This document shows, one piece after another, positions 24,700 to 36,399 of a DNA stretch of 64,000 nt; the stretch's first letter is position 1; each line of letters starts with the position of its first letter. A model generated the notes under the pieces. The model did not search any database and was not told where the DNA came from. It saw only the letters and a list, made by a program, of their open reading frames with translations. Origin of the DNA: Raja brachyura (Eukaryota); assembly GCA_963514005.1 (NCBI GenBank), contig OY740781.1, positions 170,438,001-170,502,000 of the forward strand, written 5' to 3'. The position numbers were made by a program, and so were the translations under genes.

Positions 24700-25342
24700 A
24701 CTTCTGAGCATCAAACTTCAGTAAAGGGTTGAAAAAGGCACTGAGCAGGCTTATCAAGATGTTAGCAGGGAAAATAAGACTTAAATTATGAAGAGGGATT
24801 GAAAACTTGAGGGAAAACAACTGTCCTTGCAACAAAGAAGATTTAACCTCATCAATATGTTGATAGACACATAAAGAAACTCTACAACCTCTGGAAAGGA
24901 GATCGACAGCCAGTCATAAATTTTAACTTACTGGTAAAAAAAAATCAAAGGCAGGTGAGAGATACTTTTCTTTACTCAGACTTTTGTAGGATTTTACCTA
25001 ACAAGATGGTGGAAGCTGATCCTGTAAACATTTGGTAAGAAATTTGATAAATAACTGGAAGGGAGAAATTAAAATAGTTATGAACAACAATTATTCAAGA
25101 AGAACAGCAAGCACTGTAAAAGCTGCCAGTTCCTGCCTGGGTGAGCTGACAAAGGAGATAGTTGAAGCAGATATTAAATGACAACATTTAAAAGACATTT
25201 GGACAGGTACATGGACAGGAAAGGTTTAGAGGCATGCGGGCCAAACGCAGGCAGGTGGGACTCGTGTAGGTGGGGCAGCTTGGTTGGCATGGGCAAATTG
25301 GGCTGAGGGGCCTGCTTCTAAGATGCATGACTGTGACTATGG
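24700..25342 (+). mobile_element. Decayed CR1 3' fragments
   Basis: gacatttggacaggtacatggacaggaaagg...gggctgaggggcctg tail and older upstream remnant. Confidence 0.7.
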
Positions 25343-26022
25343 AACAACAGCACAAATTGCCTTATTTTTGCACTGTTCCATTTGATAATTCTATGAATAC
25401 AGCCTGCACACATGACCACTTTAAAGGCTTATCTGAAAAATGACACTGAAAGCATTTGCTAAAATATAATGAAATTTCTGGCTTCAACAGTGCTGATACA
25501 CAATATTGAATCAATGATTCTTCAACTGTATATAGTATAAAATGCATGTTCATGTATTCGGCCTGGAATTTATGCCAGAAAGTCGGCAAAAAAAAGTGAT
25601 TCAGTATATACTCTATATTCAACAGTGATTCTGTGTGTTATCATTACTGAATTACTTTTTTTTTAAGATTTCTGGAATAGAAGAAAAGGATAACTCAAAT
25701 ATGTTTTTTCTCTGAGTTTGATATAAGGTTAATTACCACTGAATATTCCACTAATGCTCTTGGGTACCCGTTAGTGCAATGTATCTGAAAACATTTGTTG
25801 CATGTTAAAGAATTATTGTAAGTTGCTTATAACTGGTAATTAAAAGCAAATATATACATTTCTCCAGTTGCAAATTCCTTCAGATAGCAGTGGCCACACT
25901 TGACCAGGGTGTTCATTCAGTCGAAGGAGCTGTAAACTGCTGAGTGAGCAGAATAGGAGTAATTCTCATCTAGTACATTTTTCTGAATCCTTCCATGAAC
26001 ATCTTGAAGTTTTATTTCATTT

Positions 26023-26222
26023 GGAGATACACCATGGAAACAGGCCCTTTGGCCCACCAAATCCATGCCGACCTTCGATCGCCCGTTCACACTAGTTTTA
26101 TGTTATCCCACATTCTCAATCCTTCTCTACACATCAGGGACCAATTAAGCTGCAGACCTGCACTTCTTTGGGATGTGGGGAAAAAAACGGTGCACCCGAA
26201 GGAAATGCACACAGTCACAGCG
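26023..26222 (-). mobile_element. HE1-like SINE 3' half
   Basis: ggaaacaggccctttggccc...gggatgtggggaaaaaa. Confidence 0.75.
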
Positions 26223-27107
26223 AGTAGAAACAAGGAACTGCAGGTACTGGTTTACAAAAAAAGATACAATTTCATGCAGGCTGCATTTCTCCAGAAGTAA
26301 ATCAGCCTGATTCTGAAACATTGGCATTTGATTCTGTTCAGTGCACTGGGAAGGCTGCAAGATATGGTGTTCATGGAAGAGCAGTTTGTACACTGGCTAC
26401 ATTTCTCCGTGAATAATATTGGACCACTTCTTTAATTATTCCTTCAACCAAAGAATAGCATCTGTGAAAATGCTCTCTGTCAGTGAATTCCAAAATTGCC
26501 TCCTTATTTCATTTCAAGTGGTTTCATTTGCAGCATTCTATCTCCAGTCTTCTGCATAATGGTACATTGTAGTCGCAAATTTCATCTGCAAGGTAATACT
26601 TCTCAACGTTTTACAGTCAAACAGAAATGGATGGTAATAGCAAAGCCGAATTTCACAGAGCACCTTTATCGGGACTGATTTAAAAACAAAAGTGAAGCAA
26701 CTTAAAAGCTAAATTGTTTGAAAATGTCCAATCAGAATTCAGCCCCTGTCAAAATGAAGTTAGAATTCTGCCATGCAATCTGATTAAATTGTTTATTAAT
26801 CTTGCCAGTTTAACCAAAACCAGATGGAAACTAACCTGCACCACAGTTCCTTCAAGAAAATATCCTGAACTTGTCCTTGGCGCTGCTCCTGCCAATTTTA
26901 TTTGTCTGAACTATATAATTAAAATTAAAATGAATAAAAATATATTTCTCACACCCCCCATTATTTTATGAGTTATACTCAGGCCCAGTGGATAGCTAAT
27001 GTTACAGGGCCCATATAACAACTCCCACCAACCACCTTCTACCATCTATGTTTCTTATTTGTACCAAAATTAATTTTATATCTTGGAATTCTGTACCAAT
27101 ATCATAC

Positions 27108-27770
27108 TTGATTGATAATATTCCTATAATATTGATAATATTGGTAATATTCCTATAATATTGATTGATAATAGACAATAGACAATAGACAATAGGTGCA
27201 GGAGTAGGTCATTCGGCCCTTCGAGCCAGACCATTCAATGTGATCATGGCTGATCATCCCCATTCAGTAGTACCCTGTTCCTGCCATCTCCCCATATCCT
27301 CTGCTATCTTTAAGAGCCCTCTCTTGAAAGTATCCAGAGAACCGTCCTCCACCACCCTCTGAGGCAGAGAATTCCACAGACCCACAACGCTCTGTGTGAA
27401 AAAGTGTTTCCTCATCTCTGTTCTAAATGGCTTAGCCCTTATTCTTAAACAGTGGCCCCTGGTTCTGGACTCCCCCAACATCAGGAACATGTTTCCTGCC
27501 TCTAGCGTGTCCAAACCCTTAATAATCTTATATGTTTCAATAAGATAACCTCTCATCTTTCTAAACTCCAGAGTATACAAGCCCAGCAGCTCCATTCTCT
27601 CAGCATATGACAGTCCCGCCACCCCGGGAATTAACCTTGCCATCCCGGGAATTAACTTGGGATTAAAAATAAATTAATATTATAATATTCCTATAATATT
27701 GATAATATTTCTATAATATTGATTGATAATGTTCCTATAATATTGATAATATTGGTAATATTCCTATATT
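27108..27770. repeat. AT-rich (aatattcctat/aatattgat) minisatellite on both sides of the CR1
   Basis: 50-bp near-identical blocks at 27108-27157 and 27719-27768 plus shorter units. Confidence 0.8.
27171..27658 (-). mobile_element. CR1 (HER1-like) 3' end
   Basis: ORF 27254..27643 RLIPGVAGLSYAERM...GESRTRGH; (tattgtc)n tail. Confidence 0.93.
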
Positions 27771-28444
27771 ATCAGATCTCCTTTTCCTTTCTGCAATCCT
27801 CCAAAATGTCAAATGCTCCTGAACATTTAGTTCCCAGACTTTGTCACCTTGCAACATGTCTCTGTAATGACTATCTAATCATGCCTATTTATTTCTATTT
27901 GTGCTATCGGCTAATCTATCTTATTTTGAATGTTGCATGCATTCAGATAAAGAGTCTTTAATTTTACCTTGCAATTTTTACATTAATCTGGTCCATTTTT
28001 ATGCATTGTTTACTCACCACCCCCCTTCATATTGCACTTCCCATTGTCCTGTATAACTGCCTTTTTTTTATTCTTTGCTTTCCAAATGAGCCAATACTTA
28101 AATCGCCATCTTCCATTCCTGGCATGGCTTTTCTTCTTTATAATACATTGTTCAAGATCCAGACTTTCAGTCAAATTAGTTTCAATCTCCTAAATTAATA
28201 TTTGCAAATAACACCAAACCACTTCACCCATGTGGATACTGTTCCTGTTTTTGTTGCAGTCCCACCTTCTGCAAGCGGATCCTAATTCCTCAGCAATCCA
28301 AAGCCTTCACTTCTAATCCATCGCTCCATCCTTGCATTTACTTTATTTTCCTCTTTCTGCACTCACAAGTATACGTCATATTAAGGAAGTAATGTCCAAT
28401 GAAATCTGTGCAATATCACAACAAAATCCACTTCGTAATAAGAG

Positions 28445-28772
28445 GCAACACGTTAGTGTAGTAGTAGAATTGCTGCTTTATAGTCCCAGAAAACGGGTTC
28501 GATCCTGACTATGTGTGCTGTCTGTATGGAGTTTGAACGTTCTCCATGTGACTGCGTGGTTTTTCTCTGGGTGCTCCGGTTTCCTCCCACATTCCTATGA
28601 CGCACAGGTTTTTGGCTTTGATAAAAATGGTAAATTTTGGTTAATTTGGCTTTGATCAAAATGGTAAAATTGTCACAAATGTGCAAGATAGTGCTAGTGT
28701 ACGGGGATCGCTGGTCGGTGTGGACTCGGTGGACCAAAGTGCCTGTTTCCGCACTGTATCTCTAAGCTAAAA
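28445..28772 (+). mobile_element. HE1-like V-SINE
   Basis: gggttcgatcc B box, V-core, CR1-like tail. Confidence 0.85.
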
Positions 28773-30289
28773 CCTCAGGACTCAGGAGATTCCTGCACCA
28801 CCTACCTTCTCCATCCAGATTTGCCTATCATACACCCATTCACTTTCTGCCCACACACACTTGATCTGTGCAATAACTATCTCTTTATATGCGCTATCCA
28901 TGAAATCTTCATCCTTACGGATGCACCACGGTAACTTATCTGACGTTCTCTTGTTCCCATCCCAACTAACAACAACTCACATTCACCCATCGTTCCATTA
29001 AAATTCTCATCCTAATCTTCAAAGCCTCTAGGGCCTCCTTACGATCTCTGTGATCGTTCGTTTCTAACCTTTTGTTTAGGTGTATGTTGCTTCTCCAATT
29101 GCAGCTTTACCATCAGCTGCATTGACCTTAAGCATGACATTCTTCACTGAACCGAGCTTTTGGGTTACTTGTCCTAATATCCCTAGAGGTAGCGTGAAAT
29201 TCCATTTGATAACAATCCTGCAAAATGCATTGGGATGCTTTATCATGTTTAAGGTACTGCGCACATAAATGCAGGTATCTTTTCTTCGCTTGGTGAGCTT
29301 CAGAATTTGAATTTCTTTCTTTCTTCTTTTTTTTTTGTTTTTTGCTATAGGCAATTAGTAACATTTATGAAACAGTAACTTTTCTTGTCTCTGATTTGTA
29401 ATGTGACATATTCCTTTTCAAATGCCTTACTGCCTTGCTGATAACTTGGGGCCTCAGGCTGTCAAGGACATTACTTCAGTAGAAAAGTCTCAAACCCATG
29501 GTGTCACCTGAACTGCTAGAAATCATGTTAATGTTTCTATCCTGTGGTCAAACAATGTCATCGTTCAGAGTGGTATTTATTACTGTCACTTCTTTAGCAT
29601 TTGAAAATATGTGTTGGGATGTTAAAAACAAATTCATTCTAATGTATCACAACAAACATCAGTTAAAACATTAAAATGTGCATTTATGGTTCTTAAGTAC
29701 CTATTAAAATATGGAAATTAAACTATTGTATTTTCTAAAGCAACACTGATGCTTACACTGCTGGCAGCAGGCATAAACCTTCAGAGATCTGAGATTTCAG
29801 ATTCTTATCTTAATTCACTTTGATCTTTAGAGTTACTCTTTCAGCAGCTTTCAACAGAATTAAAATTAGAAAACCACAAATAATCCTTTAGATCTTTCTG
29901 CCACAAAACTCTCCAATCTAAAATCAATTCAAAGGAAACGTTTAAAAGATGTGCTATTATTATGCACCTTCATACTTGCCAAGCTCCAAGTTCTGCGTAT
30001 GTTATTGAGGTGGAATATTCTCACAGAAAGAGAGAGAATGGAAATGAGAAACCAGAAAACCTATCACATTTTAATACACGTCTTAAACTGGTTATAAGAT
30101 AGTATTGAGAGAGCTCAAGTTAGTTATCGATCATTTGTCAACCTCTTACCTTGGAATCAACTAACTTCTTTATGCAATAATCAAAAACCCATGATCAAAA
30201 CTGGAAATATCTGCATAATGATTTAATTGGAACACAATTATAATTTTTTTGAATTAATTTACGGTACATGAGCTTTGTAGGCAGAGCCT

Positions 30290-31120
30290 GCATTTAATTG
30301 CCTATCTGAAATTGGTTTTGAGAAGGTGATGGAGAGGCCTCCTTGAATTGCTGAAGTCCTTGAAGCATGGACACACCCACAATGTTGTGCGGGAGAGAGT
30401 TGCAGCATTTCGATCCAGAGACAGTGAAGGATCGGTGATACATTTTCAAGTCAGGCTGTTGTATGGCAAGGAGGGAAAATTCCCAGTGGTGGTGTCCCAT
30501 GCTTCACCGCGAATTGTCACCTTATCATAGTGGAGAAGCTTGTGTGGACCTGAGATCATGAGAGCAATGCCGTCTGGAGCTATGCTCCTGGTAGGGCCAC
30601 CCATGGCGGTAAGGTCGAGGGGGAGGTTTCTGACAAAGAGCAATGCAACCAAGACCTCAACGGTGGAACAGGCCGAGGACGATGGCTGACCTTAGCGGAG
30701 CGTCACAATGACTGGGAAGGCGGATAAAGGCTGCAGCAGGAAAGTGTCTCCGGTCGTCTTGGACTCCATGCCACTGGATCCTGACCCAGATCTGTCAAGG
30801 ACCATGAGATTGCTGTCTGTGCACCAGTCAGGCCCACAAACAAAGTCACGCACAGGCATCCTCCATATAGGGAATAACACCCTGGAGACACCCATGGTCA
30901 GCCATGACTGAGGAGGACCTAAAAAAAAGGGTATCCCATGCTTTTGCTGCCCTTTTCTGATGCGCTGGTAGATGTCATGAGTTTGGAAGATAATGTCTAA
31001 GGAGGGTTATTGAGTTGCTACAGTGCATCTTGTAGATGGTACAACCTGCCACTGCTGTGCTTTACTGGTGGAGTGAGTGAATGGCTGTGGATGGAGTGCC
31101 TACTGTGCTGCTATGTCCTA
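30290..31120 (-). mobile_element. Old CR1-group LINE fragment (host of the 30505-30929 insertion)
   Basis: SFTVSGSKCCNSLP...GLQQFKEA remnant on the minus strand. Confidence 0.6.
30505..30929 (+). mobile_element. ~425-bp RTE-5'UTR-derived non-autonomous retroposon
   Basis: ctggtagggccacccatggc...ggaggtttctgacaaa resembles RTE/BovB 5' UTRs; A-tail; TSD ggt(g/a)tcccatgctt at 30491-30504 and 30930-30943. Confidence 0.7.
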
Positions 31121-31269
31121 TATTACAACACGCTTATATCTGTAATGAGATATCTATAATTGGAATACCAGGCTGATGTTAATACCATCTTGCATCTTCA
31201 TTGTATTCTTTGCCCTAGATGGTAGCTAAATGCAATACCATCAAAAGCAAACTTCCAGAAAGGAGGTCA

Positions 31270-32222
31270 TTTCAATTCAATTCAATTCAACCTTTATTGT
31301 CTTTGTGCAGTGTACAATACAGACACAACCAAATGCAGTTGGTATCTCCGAAGGGCGAACTTACGAATGAATAAGTAATTGTGCAGTAGTATTGGTTAAT
31401 ATACGTCTATACATATACAGTGTCCGGGGGGGGGGGGGGGGGGGGGTGGAGACAGGCAGTCATTGAGGTGCAGCGTTGAGATGTGTGACAGCAGCAGGGA
31501 AGAAGCTGTTCTTGAACCTGCTGGTACGGCAGCGGAGGGACCTGCAGCGTCTCCCGGATGGGAGGAGGGTAAACAGTCTATGGTTGGGGTGTGAGCTGTC
31601 CCTGGCGATGATGTGCGCCTTGCGCAGGCATCGTTTACTATGGACAGACTCAATGGAGGGGAATGAGGAGCCTGTGATACGTTGGCGATCTTCACCACCC
31701 TCTGCAGAGCCTTCCGGTCGGCGACAGAACAGTTACCATACCATACTGTGATGCAGTTGGTAAGGATGCTCTCGATGGTGCAGCGGTAGAAGTTCACCAG
31801 AATCTGGGGAGACAGGTGGACCTTCTTAAGTCTCCTCAGGAAGAAGAGACGCTGGTGAGCCTTCATGATCAGCGAGGATGTGTTGTGGGTCCAGGTGAGG
31901 TCATCGGAGATGCTGACCCCCAGGAACCTGAAGCTGGAGACACGTTTCACCTCCGTCCCATTGATATGGATGGGGGTGTGCGTGCAGCCTCTCGATCTCC
32001 TGAAGTCCACAATGAGCTCCTTGGTCTTCTTGGAGTTGAGGGCCAGGTTATTGTTGGCACACCATGCTGATAGGAGCTGAACCTCCTCCCTGTAGGCCGA
32101 CTCATCATTGTCGCTGATGAGGCAAATCACCCTCGTGTCATCTGCGTACTTGATGATGGCGTTGTTACCATGTACAGGTATGCAGTCGTAGGTGAAGAGG
32201 GAGTAGAGGAGGGGGCTCAGGT
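31270..32222 (-). mobile_element. Rex1/Babar LINE, 5'-truncated
   Basis: [37 protein letters not shown]; gacaataaa followed by (ttgaa)n tail. Confidence 0.92.
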
Positions 32223-32490
32223 GAGGAGAAACTTCTCCTTTTTAGTCAGAGGGTTGTTAATCTGTGTAACCCATTGCCACAGAGGGCTGTGGAGGCCTAG
32301 TCAGTGGCTATTTTTAAGGCAGAGATAGACAAATTCTTGATTAGAACGGGTGTCACAGGTTATGGGGAGAAGGCAGAAAAGTGGGATTAGGAGGCAGATA
32401 TCAGCCATGATTGAATGGCGGAGTGGATTCGATGGGCTGAATGGCCTAATTCTACTCCTATAACTTGTGAACATGTGGAACTTGTGAAGT
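32223..32490 (+). mobile_element. CR1 3' end
   Basis: cagagggttgttaatctgtg...gggctgaatggcctaattctactcc. Confidence 0.85.
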
Positions 32491-33049
32491 AAATCAAACT
32501 TGTAAATCAAAGTAAAACATTTAAATAAAAGTATTTCTTAAATGGCTTTGCCGCTCTTTTATTCCAACAACCTGGAAACTACTCTGATTTCTAAAATTGT
32601 ACACATGCACAATGTAGCAAATAAAAAGATCATGAACATTGGTAGTTTACCAAATTCAGTGTCATCCATTAGCTGGACATGAGAAGAGTGGAAAGCTCCT
32701 TGCAGAATATCTCCAGTTTGCCATGTGGTGCCTGTAAAGTGGCGTTAATGCAGGCAGAGGCAGCCTCTACTGTCGAGAAGCCGATAATCTTCACAAAGCC
32801 CTGTGTTCATTCTGGCTGCTTTTGTCTGGCAAGAAAAAACAAATGCAATGAGCTCCCTTGGAATAAAACCGTGCCTGTAAACATTCTTAGACAAAAATTG
32901 ACAAGCTTTGACAAAGCACTGCAGCTTATACTTGGAAAATACCATGACACTTAAATGTTTATGCTGCTATTGATCTTGACCGTGTCGATGATGTGGCTGG
33001 ATCAGATGGCATATTTCAATCAAGTTACAGACACGTTATACATTACTAC

Positions 33050-33762
33050 CCGCTGAAGGCTCCTGCGCGGCGGCAGAAGGCTCCCGTGGTGGACGAACTT
33101 CCCAGCAGACGGGCTGCCGAGAGTGAGAAAGGACCCGCGGCTTCGAGAGCGGGGTCTAGGCAAGAGGGGCCAAACCCTCCGGTAGGCCCAGCTCACCCGC
33201 CGACGACTCCGAACTCAGTGTCGAGGGGGACCCTCACCACTGAGAGCAAGGAGGGCCCTCGGCGAACGAGGAGGGCCGTCGGTGAACGAGGAGGACCGTC
33301 GGTGAACGAGGAGGGCCGTCGGTGAACGAGGAGGGCCGTCGGGGTGCCTTGGGGGGAGCTAGGTGGGTCATGGGAGAACAGTCCGAGAGTGAGAAGGGCA
33401 GTCAGAGAGGGAGAAGGGCAGTGGGAGGTCAAGGTGGTCCGCCAAGAACAAGGATGGCCCGAGGACAGCTCCCCGGTGGAGGGACAACCGAGAACAATGG
33501 GGGACACAGAGGAGGGGCTGCTGAGAATGGAGGGGGACCCGGCATGTGGGGTGGGGGAGCTGCTGCCACGTGCAACCACGGGCAGTAGATCGGGCTGTTT
33601 GGTGAACTTTTGTAACTTTGTTGGCGCCAAACCGTGGAAACACTTACGTACTGCCTCAGCGAGGTCTGCTATATGATTTTAAGGGTTGTATGCAAAACAA
33701 AGCACTTTGATGTACCCTAGGTGCACATGGGACAATAAAGTATCATTGCATTCAATCATTGA
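33050..33762 (+). mobile_element. GC-rich non-autonomous element with Rex1-like tail (family G2)
   Basis: GC-rich body with a ~21-bp tandem (cgaggagggccgtcggtgaa) at ~33265-33342; gacaataaagtatcattg tail. Confidence 0.6.
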
Positions 33763-33949
33763 GGTTTACATAAGAAAATTAGAAGCTGATGACTCAGGGT
33801 AAAGAGATCCTACTGATAGCTCTTCTGTCCTACTCCATCCAAGACTTTCTCTATACATAACATGCCCTCGATTCATTCTCTGTGTCATACTGTACCCAAA
33901 GGCATTGCCTTCTAATGCACTCACATTTGGCAGAAAAGTCATTCAATAA

Positions 33950-34180
33950 GGGAGAAAGTTTATGCAAGATGTTCGGGTCAAGTTTTTTCACAAAGGGTGG
34001 TAGGTGTTGCCACGGGGATGGTGGAAGCAGACAGGAAACTGATGTTTAAGAGGCTTTTAGGTAGGCATACATAGATGCAGGGAATGGAGAGACTTCAATC
34101 ACATGCAGGTAGAAGAGTTTAATCTGGCATCATGTTCATCATGAATTGAAGGGCCCGTTCCTGTGCTATACTGTTCTATG
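33950..34180 (+). mobile_element. CR1 3' fragment
   Basis: gatgcagggaatggag...gaagggcccgttcctgtgctatactgttctatg. Confidence 0.8.
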
Positions 34181-34308
34181 TAAGAAGGAACTGCAGATGC
34201 TGGTTTAAACCGAAGATAGACTCAAAAAGCTGGAGTAACTCAGCGGGACAGACAGCATCTCTGGAGAGAAAGAATGGGTGATGTTTCGGGTTGACACCCT
34301 TCTTCAGA
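34180..34308 (-). mobile_element. Penelope-derived end with hammerhead core
   Basis: Minus CTGAAGA-A-GGGT-gtca-ACCC-GAAAC-ATC at 34280-34307. Confidence 0.8.
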
Positions 34309-35004
34309 AGTCTGTACTTTCCTGAATGCCCCTTCTCATTTTTGAGCAGTCATGGGCCAGGGACTCCTTGAAGTCAGTATGTTACATTTCTTCAAGAATG
34401 CTTTGAGCACATCATTATATCTTTTCCTTTCTCCACCAAGTTATCTTCTCCCTTGAGAGAGTTTGGAAAAGAAAATCTGTTTCAGAGGTATCATTGCCCT
34501 TAAAGCAAGGTGGTGTAATCTTTGACAACTGCATGGAGCGCATAAAGATCAAGCAATGTCCACAACACTTACATGCACAAAACATTGTGGGAGCTGAGAT
34601 CCATCTTTTAAGAAAGTTGATTTATTTCCTTCTAGTCTGGTGAGTGTATGTTTGCAGATGCTAACCTTATCGAGAACAATTGATGCCTGCCAAAGATGGA
34701 AATAGTGACAGATGATGACCCACCTAAAGTAATTGAGGCCTGCTGTCTTGGAGTAGGAAAACTACAAAATAAAGTAATTACTACATCTCCCAGGCCTACT
34801 CAAAGCTAATTTCACTTTACTTAACTACACCTTTCAAATATGCTGAAGATCTCCTCTAATCATAAAGTGCCTGACCTCAGTTTGAGTCAGTACTCGTTCC
34901 TGTCAGTGCCTGATTTGCACTGTGTTCGCAGACATAGTATCTAGATGATTCATCATCAGCAGTTCTCCTTGGCACAGGGAGATGACTCAGAACATCTGTG
35001 TTTC

Positions 35005-35260
35005 TTAGTTCTGTTTGGAGATACAGCAGGGAAACAGGCCCTTCGGCCCACCGGCCCACCGAATCCGTGCCGACCAGCGATCTCTGTTACACTAGCACAC
35101 ACTACACACTGGGGACAATTTACAATTTTTATCAGAGTCAATTAACCTACAAACCTGTAGGTCATTGGAGTGTGGGAGGAAACCAGAGCACCCTGGGAAA
35201 ATACGCGCGGTCAGGGGGGAAATGTACAAACTCCGTCCGGAAGCACCCGTAGTCAGGATC
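35005..35260 (-). mobile_element. HE1-like V-SINE
   Basis: Antisense tail, V-core, gtcaggatc B-box remnant. Confidence 0.8.
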
Positions 35261-35747
35261 TATTCTGGAGTTTCCATTCACCTCCATTTCAGCCTTTCAC
35301 GACAATTGATGCAATGGAGGTAAAAGTGTTACTAGATATGGCAAGAATTTGTTATAATAATTCAGAAGAACCATAACTTTGTTCTCTTGAATCTCGTCCT
35401 TCAGCATCTGGATGGTGTACCATGTACTGCGCTGCATTTGCCAAGGAAGTACACTCGTTCTTCATTAGATGAGTGCCATTTCTAGCCCACTTCTTGATTC
35501 ATTGTACATGTGACAATATACTAAACTGATTCCACAGTTCTTCATCTTTCAAGGCTCCCGTAACCAGGATATCACACATGTAGGCAGTGACCTCACTATG
35601 ATTCTCTTAAGTGTAAAGAGTATAAACGAAACTCATTGGGATTGTTGGCTATGTGTGAACCTTGGCTGTGTGACAATCACGAAATGAAACTGAACCTCTA
35701 CCACTGTCTGTTGAAATGCATGACATATCCAACAAAGTGTATTCTTA

Positions 35748-36238
35748 AGGGCCTGTCCTACAAGCGTGCAACTCTATGCGATGAACGCGACCAAACCGGC
35801 AGCAGGGGCCGCGCGGAGGTCGTGTGAGTGGCGCAATGCGGCGCAAAGTGAGGCGAACTTGGAGCGCAGTCTAAGGTAAGTTCGCCAGGACAGAGAGGGG
35901 CACATAGAGAGGGGCACAGAGGCACACACACACACACAGGGCCATGGAGCCACACACATAGAGGGTCACGGAGGCACCTACAGATAGGTTCATGGAGGCA
36001 CGATGTCGAGGCGGTGTGTAATGCGTCGAGGCGACTGCGAGCCGACAAGCCGTTGCTGTGTGGAATTTTTGAACATGGTCAGTTTTTCGGAGTCCCGCGC
36101 GATGTTGGGACGAACTCCACACAATTCCGCACGGCTCCGGCGATCGAAGTGGGGCCGGCCCCGCAACGCCGGATGGCTCAAGCGACCACGTTAGGTCGCG
36201 CTCATCACATAGAGTTGCATGCTTGTAGGACAGGCCCT
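35748..36238. mobile_element. PIF/Harbinger-type MITE
   Basis: TIRs agggcctgtcctacaagc / gcttgtaggacaggccct; TTA TSD at 35745-35747 and 36239-36241. Confidence 0.88.
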
Positions 36239-36399
36239 TTACCTTTCAAACAAAAGGCGCGGGTGGACCAGTGGTAGAGGTGCTTCCTTACGGTGCCAGA
36301 GACCCAGGCTCAATCCTGACGACGGGTCCGGTCTGTATGGAGTTTGCACATTCTCCTGTTGCCAAAACCAATCCTCATCTGCCTGCACATGATCCATAT

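Noticed and set aside
30505-30640. Twister or HDV-like ribozyme at the head of the RTE-derived element
   Set aside because: Neither consensus core could be fitted by eye; kept only as an unassigned structured domain.
33265-33342. Short direct repeats as a CRISPR-like array (also 49345-49457)
   Set aside because: Units are adjacent with no unique spacers, there are no cas genes, and the context is eukaryotic.
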